A stretch of DNA of 64,000 nt from NCBI GenBank assembly GCA_030390025.1, contig CM059432.1, positions 10,912,001 to 10,976,000 on the forward strand, in the 5' to 3' direction. Every line of letters starts with the position of its first letter. Position 1 is the first letter of the stretch. The position numbers and the translations under genes are program-made. Below are positions 12,820 through 24,141 of the stretch, one piece after another. The notes beneath the pieces were generated by a model that saw only the letters and a list, made by a program, of their open reading frames with translations, had not been told where the DNA came from and did no database searches. The DNA is from Squalus acanthias. Lineage: Eukaryota.

Positions 12820-13770
12820 GGGTTCTACAGGGCTCAGTACGAGGTCCCTTGCTTTTTGTGCTATGTCAATGATTTAGACTTCAATGTAGGGGGCCTGATT
12901 AAGAAATTTGCAGATGATACAGAAATTGGCCGTGTGGTTGATAGTGAGGAAGAAAGCTGTAAACTGCAGGAAGATATCAATGGACTGGTCAGGTGGGCAG
13001 AAAAGTGGCAAATGGAATTCAAACTGGAGAAGTGTGAGGTAATGCATTTGGGGAGGGCTAACAAGGCAAGGGAATACACAATAAATGGTAGGACATTGAG
13101 AAGTGCAGAAGATCAGAGGGACCTTGGAGTGCATGTCCACAGATCCCTGAAGGTAGCAGGGCAGGTAGATAAGATGGTTAGGAGGGCATATGGGATACTT
13201 TCCTTTATTAACTGAGTCATAGAATATTATAGCGGGGAGGTTATGCTTGAACTGTATAAAACACTAGTTAGGCCACAGCTAGAGTACTGCGTACAGTTCT
13301 GGTCACCACATTACAGGAAAGATGTGATTGCACTAGAGAGGGTACAGAGGAGATTTATGAGGATGTTGCCAGGATTTTAGCTGTGAGGGAAGATTGGATC
13401 GGATGGAGTTGGTTTCTTTGGATCAGAGGAGGCTGAGGGAAGATTTAATTGAAGTGTATAAAATTATGAGAGGCCTAGATAGAGTGGCTAGGAAGGACCT
13501 GTTTTCCTTAGCAGAGAGGTCAAAGGGCATAGATTTAAAGTAATTGGTGGAAGGATTAGAGGGGAGTTGAGGAGAACTTTTTTCACTCAGAGGGTGGTGG
13601 GGGTCTGGAACTTACTGCCTGAAAGGGTGGTAGAGGCAGAAACCCACATCGCATTTAAAAAGTACTTGGATATGCGCTTGAAGTGCCGTAACCTACAGGG
13701 CTACGGACCAAGAGCTGGAAAGTGGGATTAGGCCGGATAGCTCTTTTTCGGCCGGCACAGACACACTAGT
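12820..13770 (+). mobile_element. CR1 LINE 3' portion (second subfamily)
   Basis: KFADD, CEVMHLG, VRPQLEYCVQFWSP. Confidence 0.9.
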
Positions 13771-13774
13771 GCTG

Positions 13775-14452
13775 TTGCTGTTGAGGGTTTAAACTAGCTT
13801 GGCTGGGGGAGGGGAACCTGAGACTAGATTCAGAAGGGAAGAGAAGCAAAGCTGAAATTGGAAAGCAAAAATGTAGAAAGTGAATTTGGAAGACAGAGGA
13901 AACAAGGGCTAGAAAATAGAAAACGAGAGTTTGGCAGTGCTAAATGGTATATACTTCAATGCAAGGAGTATAGGGAATCAGGCAGATGAGCTGAGGGCAC
14001 AGATAGACACTTGGGAGTATGATATTATAGCTTTTACTGAGACATGGCTGAAAGAAGGGCAGGTATGGCAGCTCAACTTTCCTGGTGACAGGGTTTTCAG
14101 ACGGGATAGAGAGGAGGGTAAAAAAGGAGGGGGCCTAGATAGAGTGGATAGGAAGGACCTATTTCCCTTAGCAGAGGGGTCAACAACCAGGGGGCATATA
14201 TTTAAAGTAATTGGTAGGAGGTTTGAGGGGAAATTCCTTCACCCAGAGGGTGGTGGGGGTCTGGAACTCACTGCCTGACAGGGTGGTAGAGGCAGAAACC
14301 CTCACTTGGATATGCACTTGAAGTGCCGTAACCTACAGGGCTACGGACCAAGGGCTGGAAAGTGGGATCAGGCTGGATAGCTCTTTGTCGGCCGGCGCGG
14401 ACACAATGGGCCGAAATGGCCTCCTTCCGTGCTGTAAATTTCTATGATTTCT
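13775..14452 (+). mobile_element. Internally deleted CR1 (APE N-terminus joined to the 3' end)
   Basis: YFNARSI...YDIIAFTETWL...FRRDR..KKGGG fused directly to LDRVDRKDLFPLAEG and the 3'UTR. Confidence 0.8.
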
Positions 14453-15249
14453 CTGAGCCACTTTTAGTAGGTGACTGGCAACGGCATTGGCTGGCACAGA
14501 TAGTCGGGCCTATGTTCGTGGATGTTGAGCAGCACCCAGGCGACAGATGAGGCTCCAGCTTTTCCAACACGAATGAGTAAAATCCACCCGTGGAGTTGGC
14601 TCTTCCCAACGGGCCCAATGAGGAGCATCAAGTGATTCAAGCAGGTGGTCTGCAGTATCTGGGTTGCCGGGTTCCTGGTACGGTTTCAATACCGCAGTGC
14701 ACTTTCTGTGCAACACATCAGAGTTCTCAGCGCACCCACTATGAATAATCGCTTTATCAGTGAAAGAAATGATGCAACCAGCAACTCAAGTCAAAGATCC
14801 TGGTCAATCGGCTAATAACGAAAGCTCTTCTATGACACACATAGTAATGTGAGCTTTAAGTGACGTGTTCTGCAACCTTTCAGTTTCCACATAAACTCTG
14901 GCTTTGTTTCAGTTCTTTGCATATGTGATTATGTCTGGATTTTTCAACTTCCTCTTTAATACTGTTCTTTCACTAAAATTATATTCATTCTCAACATTAC
15001 TGGTGGGTTTTGGGTTGGGTATTCTTATCCAAAAAGCTCTGCCAGAAAAATATTTCTTAGGTTGCAATGTGGCTGGTGTGGTTTACAATTCCTGCAAAGT
15101 TCTAACTTAAAAACGGAAAATGTACCGGAAATATCGAGCGTCCCCTGCCGCGTCCTGTGTCAGCAGTGGCTCAGTGGGTAGCACTTGAGTCAGAAGATCG
15201 TGGGTTCAGGTCCCACGCCAGGGATTTGAGCACAAAAAAAATCCATGCT

Positions 15250-15574
15250 GACACAGCGCTGCCTGCTGGTCACTGTGGGGAACAACAGGCGGACACAGCA
15301 CCGCCTGCCGGTCACTGTGGGGTACAACAGGCAGACACAGTGCCACCTGCCGGTCACTGTGGGGAACAACAGGCGGACACAGCGCCACCTGTCGGTCACT
15401 GTGGGGTACAACAGGTGGACACAGTGCCGCCTGCCGGTCACTGTGAGGTACAACAGTCTGACACAGCACCAACTGCCGGTCACTGTGGGGTACACCAGGC
15501 GGACACAGCGCCACCTGCAGGTCACTGTGGGGTACACCAGGCGAACACAGCGCCACCAGCTGGTCACTGTGGGG
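15250..15574. repeat. 42-bp tandem array, block 1 (~8 units, most diverged)
   Basis: Unit GTCACTGTGGGGTACAACAGGCGGACACAGCGCCACCTGCCG; 14-aa periodicity in the ORF track. Confidence 0.97.
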
Positions 15575-17238
15575 TTTGAATTGACAAACTTTTGAGGGCA
15601 GCCGAATTTGAGGAGGACACTCCATAATCCCTCACGGTTGATGGTGTCGAAGGCCTTTGTGAGGTCAAAGAAGGCCATGTACAGCGGTTGGTGCTGTTCC
15701 CTGCATTTCTCTTGTAGTTGACGCGCGGTGAAGATCATGTCCATTGTGCCCCTTAGTGGGCGGAATCCACATTGCGACTCTGGGAGGAGCTCTTCTGGGA
15801 GAAGGCGATTGAGGAGGATTCTTGCGATGACTTTACCTGTGGCAGACAGCAGGGAGACTCCTCTGTAATTACCGCAATCGGACTTGTCACCTTTCTTGAA
15901 GATGGTCATGATTACGGCGTCTCTGAGGTCCCCTTGCATGCTCTCCTACTTCCAAATAAGAGAAATTAGTTCATGTATGTCACCATCCTCCGCCTGCTTC
16001 ACAATGACATGCAAGCCGTGATCCTGACCAACGGATCCACCACAGACCCAATTCACGTACGGACCGTGGTCAAGCAAGGCTGTGTCATCGGACCAACGCT
16101 CTTCTCGATCTTCCTGGCTGCAATGCTCCATCTCACCCTCAGTAAGCTCCCCGCTGGAGTGGAGCTAATCTACAGAACAAACGGGAAACTGTTCAACCTC
16201 CGTCACCTCCAGTCCAGATCCAAGGTCGTCCCATCCTCTGTCATTGAATTACAGTATGCAGACGACGCTTGCATCTGCGCACACTCTGAGGCCGAACTCC
16301 AAACCATCGTCAACACCTTCACTGAAGCATACGAGAGCATAGGCCTTACACTAAACATCCGTAAGACAAAGGTCGTCTACCAACCTGCCCCCGCCACACA
16401 GTACTGCCCCCCGATTATCAAAATCCATGACGAGGCCTTGGAAAGCGTGGACCACTTTCCATACCTCGGGAGCCTACTGTCAACAAGGGCAGACGTCGAT
16501 GACAAAGTCCAACACCGCCTTCAGTGTGTCAGTGCAGCCTTCAGTCGCCTGAAGAAGAGAGTGTTTGAAGACCAGGACCTCAAACCCAGCACCAAGCTCA
16601 TGGTCTACAAAGCAGCAGTGATACCCGCCCTCCTGTATGCTTCAGAGACATGGACCATGTACAGCAGGCACCTCAAAGCACTGGAGAGGTACCGCCAATG
16701 TAGCCCCCGCAAGATCCTGCAAATCCATTGGCAGGATAGGCACACCAATGTCAGTGTTCTCGCTCAGGCCAACATCCCCAGTATCGAAGCTTTGACCACG
16801 CTCGATCAGCTCCAATGGACGGGCCACATCGTCCGCATGCCCGATACGAGACTCCCAAAACAAGCGCTCTACTCGAAGCTCCGACACGGCAAGAGAACCC
16901 CAGGTGGGCAGAGGAAACACTTCAAGGACACCCTCAAAGCCTCCTTGAAAAAGTGCAACATCCCCACCGACACCTGGGAATTCCTGGCCCAAGACCGCAC
17001 AAAGTGGTGGAGAAGCATCCGGGAAGGCACCGAACACCTCGAATCTCTTCGCCGGGAGCAAGCGGAAGCCAAGTGCAAACAGCGCAAGGAGCGCACGTCA
17101 AACCAAGCACCCCACCCACCGTCTGCCCCACCTGTGACAGAGACTGTAGGTCCCGCATTGGACTCATCAGTCACCTGAGAACTCATTTTTCGTGTGGAAG
17201 CAAGTCATCCTGGGTTCCGAGGGACTGCCTAAGAAGAA
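15575..17238 (+). mobile_element. RTE-clade LINE, 5'-truncated with 5' inversion (15575-15972 inverted)
   Basis: RT motifs LLPESQCGFR, FFDLTKAFDT (minus strand); VKQGC, LQYADD (plus strand); C-terminal CPTCDRDCRSRIGLISHLRTH; AAGAAGAA tail. Confidence 0.93.
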
Positions 17239-17675
17239 CTGTGGGGTACAACAATCTATCACAGCGCCGCCTGCCGGTCACTGTGGGGTACAACACGTGG
17301 ACACAGCACCACCTGCCAGTCACTGTGGGGTACAACAGGCGGACACAGCGCCACCTGCCAGTTACTGTGGGGTACAACAGGCGGACACAGCGCCACCTGC
17401 CAGTCACTGTGGGGTACAACAGGCGGACACAGCGCCACCTGCCAGTCACTGTGGGGTACAACACGTGGACACAGCACCACCTGCCAGTCACTGTGAGGTA
17501 CAACACGTGGACACAGCACCACCTGCCAGTCACTGTGGGGTACAACAGGCGGACACAGCGCCACCTGCCAGTCACTGTGGGGTACAACAGGCGGACACAG
17601 CGCCACCTGCCGGTCACTGTGGTGTACAACAGGCGGACACAGCGCCGCCTGCCGGTCACTGTGGGGTACAACAGG
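17239..17675. repeat. 42-bp tandem array, block 2 (~10 units)
   Basis: Same unit with CpG-to-CpA variants. Confidence 0.97.
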
Positions 17676-19146
17676 AGACTAAGATCTCCTCCCAGAGTCG
17701 CAATGCGGATTCCGCCCACTAAGGGGCACAATGGACATGATCTTCACCGCGTGTCAATTACAAGAGAAATGCAGGGAACAGCACCAACCACTGTTCATGG
17801 CCTTCTTTGATCTCACAAAGGCCTTCGACACTGTCAACCATGAGGGATTATGGAGTGTCCTCCTCAAATTTGGCTGCCCTCAAAAGTTTGTCACCATCCT
17901 CCGCCAGCTTCACGACGACATGCAAGCCATGATCCTGACCAACGGTTCCACCACAGACCCAATTCATGTACGGACCTTGGTCAAGCAAGGCTGTGTCATC
18001 GCACCAACGTTCTTCTCGATCTTCCTTGCTGCAATGCTCCATCTCACCTCAGTAAGTTCCCCGCTGGAGTGGAGCTAATTTACAGAACAAACGGGAAGCT
18101 GTTCAACCTCCATCGCCTCCAGTCCAGATCCAAGGTCGTCGCATCATCTGTCGTCGAATTACAGTATGTATAAGACGCTTGCGTCTGTGCTCACTCGGAG
18201 GTCGAATTCCAAACCATCGTCAACACCTTCACCGAAGCGTACGAGAGCATGGGCCTTACACTAAACATCCATAAGACAAAGGTCCTCTACCAACCTGCCC
18301 CCGCCGCAAAGTACTGCTCCCCGATTATCAAAATACATGACAAGGCCTTGGGCAACGTGGACCACTTTCCATACCTCCGGAGCCTACTGTCAACAAAGGC
18401 AGATGTCGATGACGAAGTCCAGCACCACCTTCAGTGCGCCAGTGCAGCCTTCGGTCGCCTGAGGAAGAGTGTTTGAAGACCAGGACCTCAAACCCAGCAC
18501 TAAGCTCATGGTCTACAGAGCAGCAGTGATTCCTGCCCTGCTGTATGCCTCAGAGACATGGACCATGTACAGCAGGCACCTCAAAGCACTGGAGAGGTCC
18601 CACCAACGCTGCCTCCGCAAGATCCTGCAAATCCATTGGCAGGATAGGCACACCAATGTCAGTGTTCTCGCTCAGGCCAACATCCCCAGCATCGAAGCTT
18701 TGACCACGCTCGATCAGCTCCAATGGACGGGTCACATCGTCCGCATGCCCAATACGAGACTCCCAAAACAAGCGCTCTACTCGGAGCTCCGACACGGCAA
18801 GAGAGCCCCAGGCGGGCAGAGGAAACACTTCAAGGACACCCTCAAAGCCTCCATGAAAAAGTGCAACATCCCCACTGACACCTGGGAATCCCTGGCCCAA
18901 GACCGCACAAAGTGGAAGGGAAGCATCCGGGAAGGCGCCGAACACCTCGAGTCTCTTCGCCGGTAGCAAGCGGAAGCCAAGCGCAAGGAGCGCACGTCAA
19001 CCCAAGCACCCAGCCCCCTTCAACCACCGTCTGCCCCACCTGTGACAGAGACTGTAGGTCCCGCATTGGACTCATCAGTCACCTGAGAACTCATTTTCAG
19101 TGTGGAAGCAAGTCATCCTCGGTTCCGAGGGACTGCCTAAGAAGAA
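17676..19146 (+). mobile_element. RTE-clade LINE, 5'-truncated, not inverted
   Basis: Same family as the 15575-17238 copy, with frameshifts and stops; same AAGAAGAA tail. Confidence 0.93.
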
Positions 19147-19605
19147 CTGTGGGGTACAACAATCAATCACAGCGCCGCCTGTCGGTCAGTGTGGGGTACA
19201 ACAGGCGGACACAGCGCCACCTGCCGGTCACTATGAGGTACACCAGGCGGACACAGCGCCACCTGCCGGTCACTGTGGGGTACAACAGGCGGACACAGCG
19301 CCACCTGCCGGTCACTGTGGGGTACAACAGGTGGACACAGCGCCGCCTGCCGGTCACTGTGGGGTACAACAGGCGGACACAGCGCCACCTGCCGGTCACT
19401 GTGGGGTACAACAGGCGGACACAGCGCCGCCTGCCGGTCACTGTGGGGTACAACAGGCGGACACAGCGCCGCCTGCCGGTCACTGTGGGGTACAACAGGC
19501 GGACACAGCGCCGCCTGCCGGTCACTGTGGGGTACAACAGGCGGACACAGCGCCGCCTGCCGGTCACTGTGGGGTACAACAGGCGGACACAGCGCCGCCT
19601 GCCGG
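19147..19605. repeat. 42-bp tandem array, block 3 (~11 units), ending ~120 bp before the SEH1L ATG
   Basis: Same unit; the last units are identical. Confidence 0.97.
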
Positions 19606-19727
19606 CTTCCTCCCGTTATTCCGGCCCGAGTGAGAGGCGCCAAAGTCTGGGGATCCACGAGTGCTGCCGGTGGTCGCCGCCCGGGACTGATTTTATTTAG
19701 TTTCCATCTTATCGAGGGCAGAGGGAG

Positions 19728-19838
19728 ATGTTCGTGGCCCGGAGCATCGCGGCCGATCACAAGGACCTCATCCACGATGTTTCCTTCGACTTCCACGGGC
19801 GAAGGATGGCGACCTGCTCCAGCGATCAGAGCGTCAAG
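19728..19838 (+). CDS. SEH1L: SEH1L (nucleoporin/GATOR2 subunit Seh1) coding exon 1
   Basis: [37 protein letters not shown] followed by GT donor at 19839; 111 bp; matches the vertebrate SEH1 N-terminus. Confidence 0.98.
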
Positions 19839-19863
19839 GTGCGGCCTCGGCCCAGGCCTCAGG

Positions 19864-21240
19864 CCCGAGTGTCCAGTCCAGGGCCTCGGGGGAGTGTCCA
19901 GTCCCAGACCCCGGGGGGAGTGTCCAGTCCCGGGCCCCGGGGGGAGTGTCCAGTCCCGGAGCCCGGGGAGAGTGTCCAGTCCCGGGGCCCGGGGAGAGTG
20001 TCCAGTCCCGGGGCCCGGGGGGAGTGTCCAGTCCCAGACCCCGGGGGGAGTGTCCAGTCCCAGACCCCGGGGGGAGTGTCCAGTCCCAGACCCCGGGGGG
20101 AGTGTCCAGTCCCAGACCCCGGGGGGAGTGTCCAGCCCCGGGGGGAGTGTCCAGTCCCAGACCCCGGGGAGAGTGTCCAGTCCCAGACCCCGGGGGGAGT
20201 GTCCAGTCCCGGACCCCGGGGGGAGTGTCCGGGCCCCGGGGGGAGTGTCCAGTCCCAGACCCGGGGGGGGAGTGTCCAGTCCCGGGGGGAGTGTCCAGTC
20301 CCAGACCCCGGGGGGAGTGTCCAGTCCCGGGGGGAGTGTCCAGTCCCGGACCCCGGGGGGAGTGTCCAGTCCCGGACCCCGGGGGGAGTGTCCAGTCCCG
20401 GGCCCCGGGGGGAGTGTCCCGTCCCGGAGCCCGGGGAGAGTGTCCAGTCCCAGACCCCGGGGAGAGTGTCCAGTCCCGGTGCCCGGGGAGAGTGTCCAGT
20501 CCCAGACCCCGGGGAGAGTGTCCAGTCCCAGACCCCGGGGGGAGTGTCCGGGCCCCGGTGGGGAGTGTCCAGTCCCAGACCCGGGGGGGAGTGTCCAGTC
20601 CCGGGCCCCGGGGGGAGTGTCCCGTCCCGGAGCCCGGGGAGAGTGTCCAGTCCCGGGGCCCGGGGAGAGTGTCCAGTCCCGGGGCCCGGGGGGAGTGTCC
20701 AGTCCCGGACCCCGGGGGGAGTGTCCAGTCCCGGACCCCGGGGGGAGTGTCCGGGCCCCGGGGGGAGTGTCCAGTCCCAGACCCGGGGGGGGAGTGTCCA
20801 GTCCCGGGGGGAGTGTCCAGTCCCAGACCCCGGGGGGAGTGTCCAGTCCCGGGGGGAGTGTCCAGTCCCGGACCCCGGGGGGAGTGTCCAGTCCCGGACC
20901 CCGGGGGGAGTGTCCAGTCCCGGGCCCCGGGGGGAGTGTCCCGTCCCGGAGCCCGGGGAGAGTGTCCAGTCCCGGGGCCCGGGGAGAGTGTCCAGTCCCG
21001 GGGCCCGGGGAGAGTGTCCAGTCCTAGACCCGGGGGGGAGTGTCCAGTCCCGGGGCCCGGGGGGAGTGTCCAGTCCCGGGGCCCGGGGGGAGTGTCCAGT
21101 CCCGGGGCCCGGGGGGAGTGTCCAGTCCCGGGGCCCGGGGGGAGTGTCCAGTCCCGGGCCCCGGGGGGAGTGTCCAGTCCCGGACCCCGGGGGGAGTGTC
21201 CAGTCCCAGACCCCGGGGGGAGTGTCCAGTCCCGGGCCTG
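19864..21240. repeat. GC-rich ~25-bp minisatellite at the start of SEH1L intron 1
   Basis: Units like GAGTGTCCAGTCCC(A/G)G(A/G)CCC(C)GGGGG, about 55 copies with higher-order repetition. Confidence 0.97.
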
Positions 21241-21399
21241 AGCCCCGGGCTGTGAGTTGGCCGACCGCTAGTCTCTCCTAGGCGGGCTCCCAATGTCTTT
21301 CAATCTGCCGCAGTCACGGTGGGCGGAGAGCCCGGGTGATTGTGGATGTTGATCACCCGGACATTGGCTCCAGAAATCGGCCCCTAGTCCCAGGAACAA

Positions 21400-21765
21400 G
21401 TGTGGGCCATTTTGCCCTTCGAGCCTGCTCCGCCATTCAGTGAGATTATGGCTGATCTGCGACCTAACTCCATATACCTGCCTTTGCCCCGTATCCCTTA
21501 ATGCCTTTGGTTAACAAAAATCTATGAATCTCAGATTTAAAATTAATAATTGATCTAGCATCAATTGCCATTTGCGGAAGAGAGTTCCAAACTTCTACCA
21601 CCCTTTGTGTGTAGAAGTGTTTCTAACTTCAATCCTGAAAGGTCTGGCTCTAATTTTAGACCATGCCCCCTACTCCTAGACTCCCCAACCAGCAGAAATA
21701 GTTTCTCTCTGTCGACCCTATCTGTTCCCCTTAATAGCTTGAAAGCTTCGATCAGAACACCCCCT
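21400..21765 (-). mobile_element. CR1 3' fragment
   Basis: Shares the 3'UTR GAGCCTGCTCCGCCATTCA with other copies. Confidence 0.75.
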
Positions 21766-21769
21766 TCAC

Positions 21770-22085
21770 TAGGTTCCTCTAGACTTGACTATTCCAACGC
21801 ATTCCTGGCCGGCCTCCCACGTTCTACCCTACGTAAACTTGAGGCTATCCAAAAATCTGCTGCCCGTGTCCGAAATCGCACCAAGTGTCATTCACCCCTG
21901 TGCTCATTTACCAACATTGGCTCCCGGTTAAGCAACACCTCGATTTTAAAATTCTCATCCATGTTTTCAAATTCCTCCATGGCCTCGCCCCCTCCCAATC
22001 TCTGTAATCTCCTCCAGCCCCACAACCGCCCCCACCGAGATATCTGTGCTCCTCTAATTCTGCCCTCTTGAGCATTCCTGATTAC
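21770..22085 (+). mobile_element. L2 fragment
   Basis: SRLDYSNAFLAGLP...AAR. Confidence 0.8.
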
Positions 22086-22211
22086 CAACCTTTTACTACC
22101 GATAAAGATACTACTGATATGGGAGGGGGGGGGGAACTATTGATGTATTAATCTCTGTTTGTGATAGCCGTTGAATATTTTTTTTAAACCAATGCTGCTT
22201 TGTTGTGACAG

Positions 22212-22262
22212 GTGTGGGACAAAGGTGAAACTGGGGAGTGGCACTGCACGGCGAGCTGGAAG
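22212..22262 (+). CDS. SEH1L: SEH1L exon 2
   Basis: [25 protein letters not shown]; 51 bp, phase consistent. Confidence 0.96.
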
Positions 22263-22356
22263 GTAAGGAGCGGCTGCCGGTCGCTTGTGAGTAGTGGAGG
22301 GATCAGGATAATGACAGTGCCTCTTACCTCAACTACACTGTGTACATGTGAACACC

Positions 22357-22491
22357 AATGTTCCCTTTAAGCTGCGCAGCGCCCCAGGGGTCCCGGGGCA
22401 GGCAGTGAGCCGGCTTTTGCGTTGAAAAAACCGTGCTTGTGCAGTTATTTTGAATGGGCCACCTGGCCCAAAATGAATTATAGGGAACATT
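22357..22491. mobile_element. hAT-type MITE (same family)
   Basis: CAATGTTCCCT and AGGGAACATTG terminal inverted repeats; TSD degenerate. Confidence 0.75.
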
Positions 22492-23529
22492 GGTTGACAG
22501 GTACACCAAATCGCAATGGTTTCTTTCTGTGTGCGCGTGTGTGTGCTTGCATTGTATCCGATCTCACGAGGACTCTGATCTTGGGAGAAAATCAGACTGC
22601 ATAATCTCTCCCTGCCAAATGACCATTGTTTCAGCTCAAAACGCCGAATGCTGACAACGTCGCTGGAGGGGTTACTGAGTGCACAGGTGGAAGCTGAAGC
22701 TAAACGCAGCTAAAGCACCGTGTGTTGGCGCTCATGTCGGCTAGTTTCAGTGCAGCTCCTTCACATTGTTCAAAGCAGCAAATCCTCCAAGTGACTGACT
22801 CTGTGCAATAACCTTGGAAAAACAGAAATTGGAAAAAAATCAAACTGTTCTTCAAGTTAATCATAGTTCTTTCGATGCTTTGACTCTGTAATAGTGAGGC
22901 TCCCTTATATGTTGAGTCAATGCCAAAGTGTCCATTGGTTCAAATATGTACCTTGTTTGGATAAAATGCTGTTTCCTGTCGAGAACAGGACTCTCCGTAT
23001 GACTGCTTAAAAGAGTTTAGCTTATTACATAACAATTATAAGTAAGTATTTACACGGTAGAGAATAGAGGTATGTATTGTCAAGTTATACAGATAAAAGA
23101 GGAAGGATATTCATCTGTTTCCGATGCTGTTCTGAAGCTTGGTGTCCGGGGGGGCGGGGGGTGGTGATGTGAGAGCAGTGATTCTCCCTCAAATCCATTT
23201 CCTACTTCCTCTTTTTGCTTGTGGGAAAGGCCCCCGAGCTCCACTTAGTAACTGCACACAATGGCGCTATTAACCTTCTGGATTGTTGGGGATAGCAAGT
23301 GAAAACCAGCATCTTACCACTCTGGTGCAGGGATGAGAGCTTCAGGGTGCTCTGCTACCTTGTCCTGGTAGGAAAGTCTCACATCTTTGGGGGCGGGGGG
23401 GGAAGGGAAGAAATAAACCTTTTACTGCAAGTAATGTGAAGTAGAAAGACTCCAGTTGGAATGGTCAAAAGAAAGATGATTAAGGGGAAGCTAGATAAAC
23501 ACATGAGGGAGAAAGGAATAGAAGGTTAT

Positions 23530-23940
23530 AAGAACATAAATAATAGGAGCAGGAGTAGGCCATACGGCCCCTCGAGCCTGCTCCGCCATTCAATAAGATC
23601 ATGGCTGATCTTCAGCCTCAACTCCACTTTCCCGCCCGATCTCCATATCCCTCGATTCCCCTAGAGTCCAAAAATCCATCGATCTCAGCCTTGAATATAC
23701 TCAACGACTGAGCATCCACAGCCCTCTGGGGGAGAGAATTCCAAAGATTCACAACCCTCTGAGTGCAGAAATTCCTCTTCACCTCAGTCTTAAATGGCTG
23801 ACCCCTTATCCTGAGACTATGACTGTCAAGGCCTCTTAAGAATTTTGTACGTTTCAATGAGATCACCTCTCATTCTTCTAAAATCCAGAGAATAGAGGCC
23901 CATTCTACTCAAATCTCTCCTCATAGGACAACCCCCTCAT
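23530..23940 (-). mobile_element. CR1 3' fragment
   Basis: RNFCTQRVVNLWNSLP. Confidence 0.85.
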
Positions 23941-24141
23941 GCTAATAGTTAGATGATGTCGGGGTGGGAAGAGGCTCGTGTGGAGCAGAAACACCGACCT
24001 GCATAGACCAGTTGGGCCGTATGGCCTGCTTCTATGGCTAAGTAATTCTATGGTTAGCAGTCTAACTGAGCAGCATACCGTTGGAGCCACTCTGCTCTCT
24101 CTATCCTAATGTACGGTGTTTTATACAACCTGTTTTTGTAG

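Larger units (their letters stand above)
19147..21350. promoter_or_regulatory. CpG-island promoter region of SEH1L
   Basis: Very GC- and CpG-rich sequence spanning exon 1, against a CpG-poor background. Confidence 0.75.

Noticed and set aside
1..15150. Exons of the expected upstream neighbour (PTPN2 in human synteny)
   Set aside because: No recognisable phosphatase-coding segment found; the region is mostly repeats, and the 191-464 ORFs are low-complexity
15250..19605. CRISPR-like array (palindromic repeats interrupted by foreign DNA)
   Set aside because: Units are contiguous with no unique spacers, there are no cas genes, the context is vertebrate and the inserts are LINEs
15157..19796. 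Repeat proteins such as (HCGVQQADTAPPAG)n
   Set aside because: Translations of the 42-bp array, open in several frames on both strands, with no splice or coding evidence
19630..21281. Long ORFs of 431-517 aa, including a SEH1L read-through protein
   Set aside because: Produced by a nearly stop-free GC-rich minisatellite; the SEH1L frame splices at 19838 to a conserved exon 2
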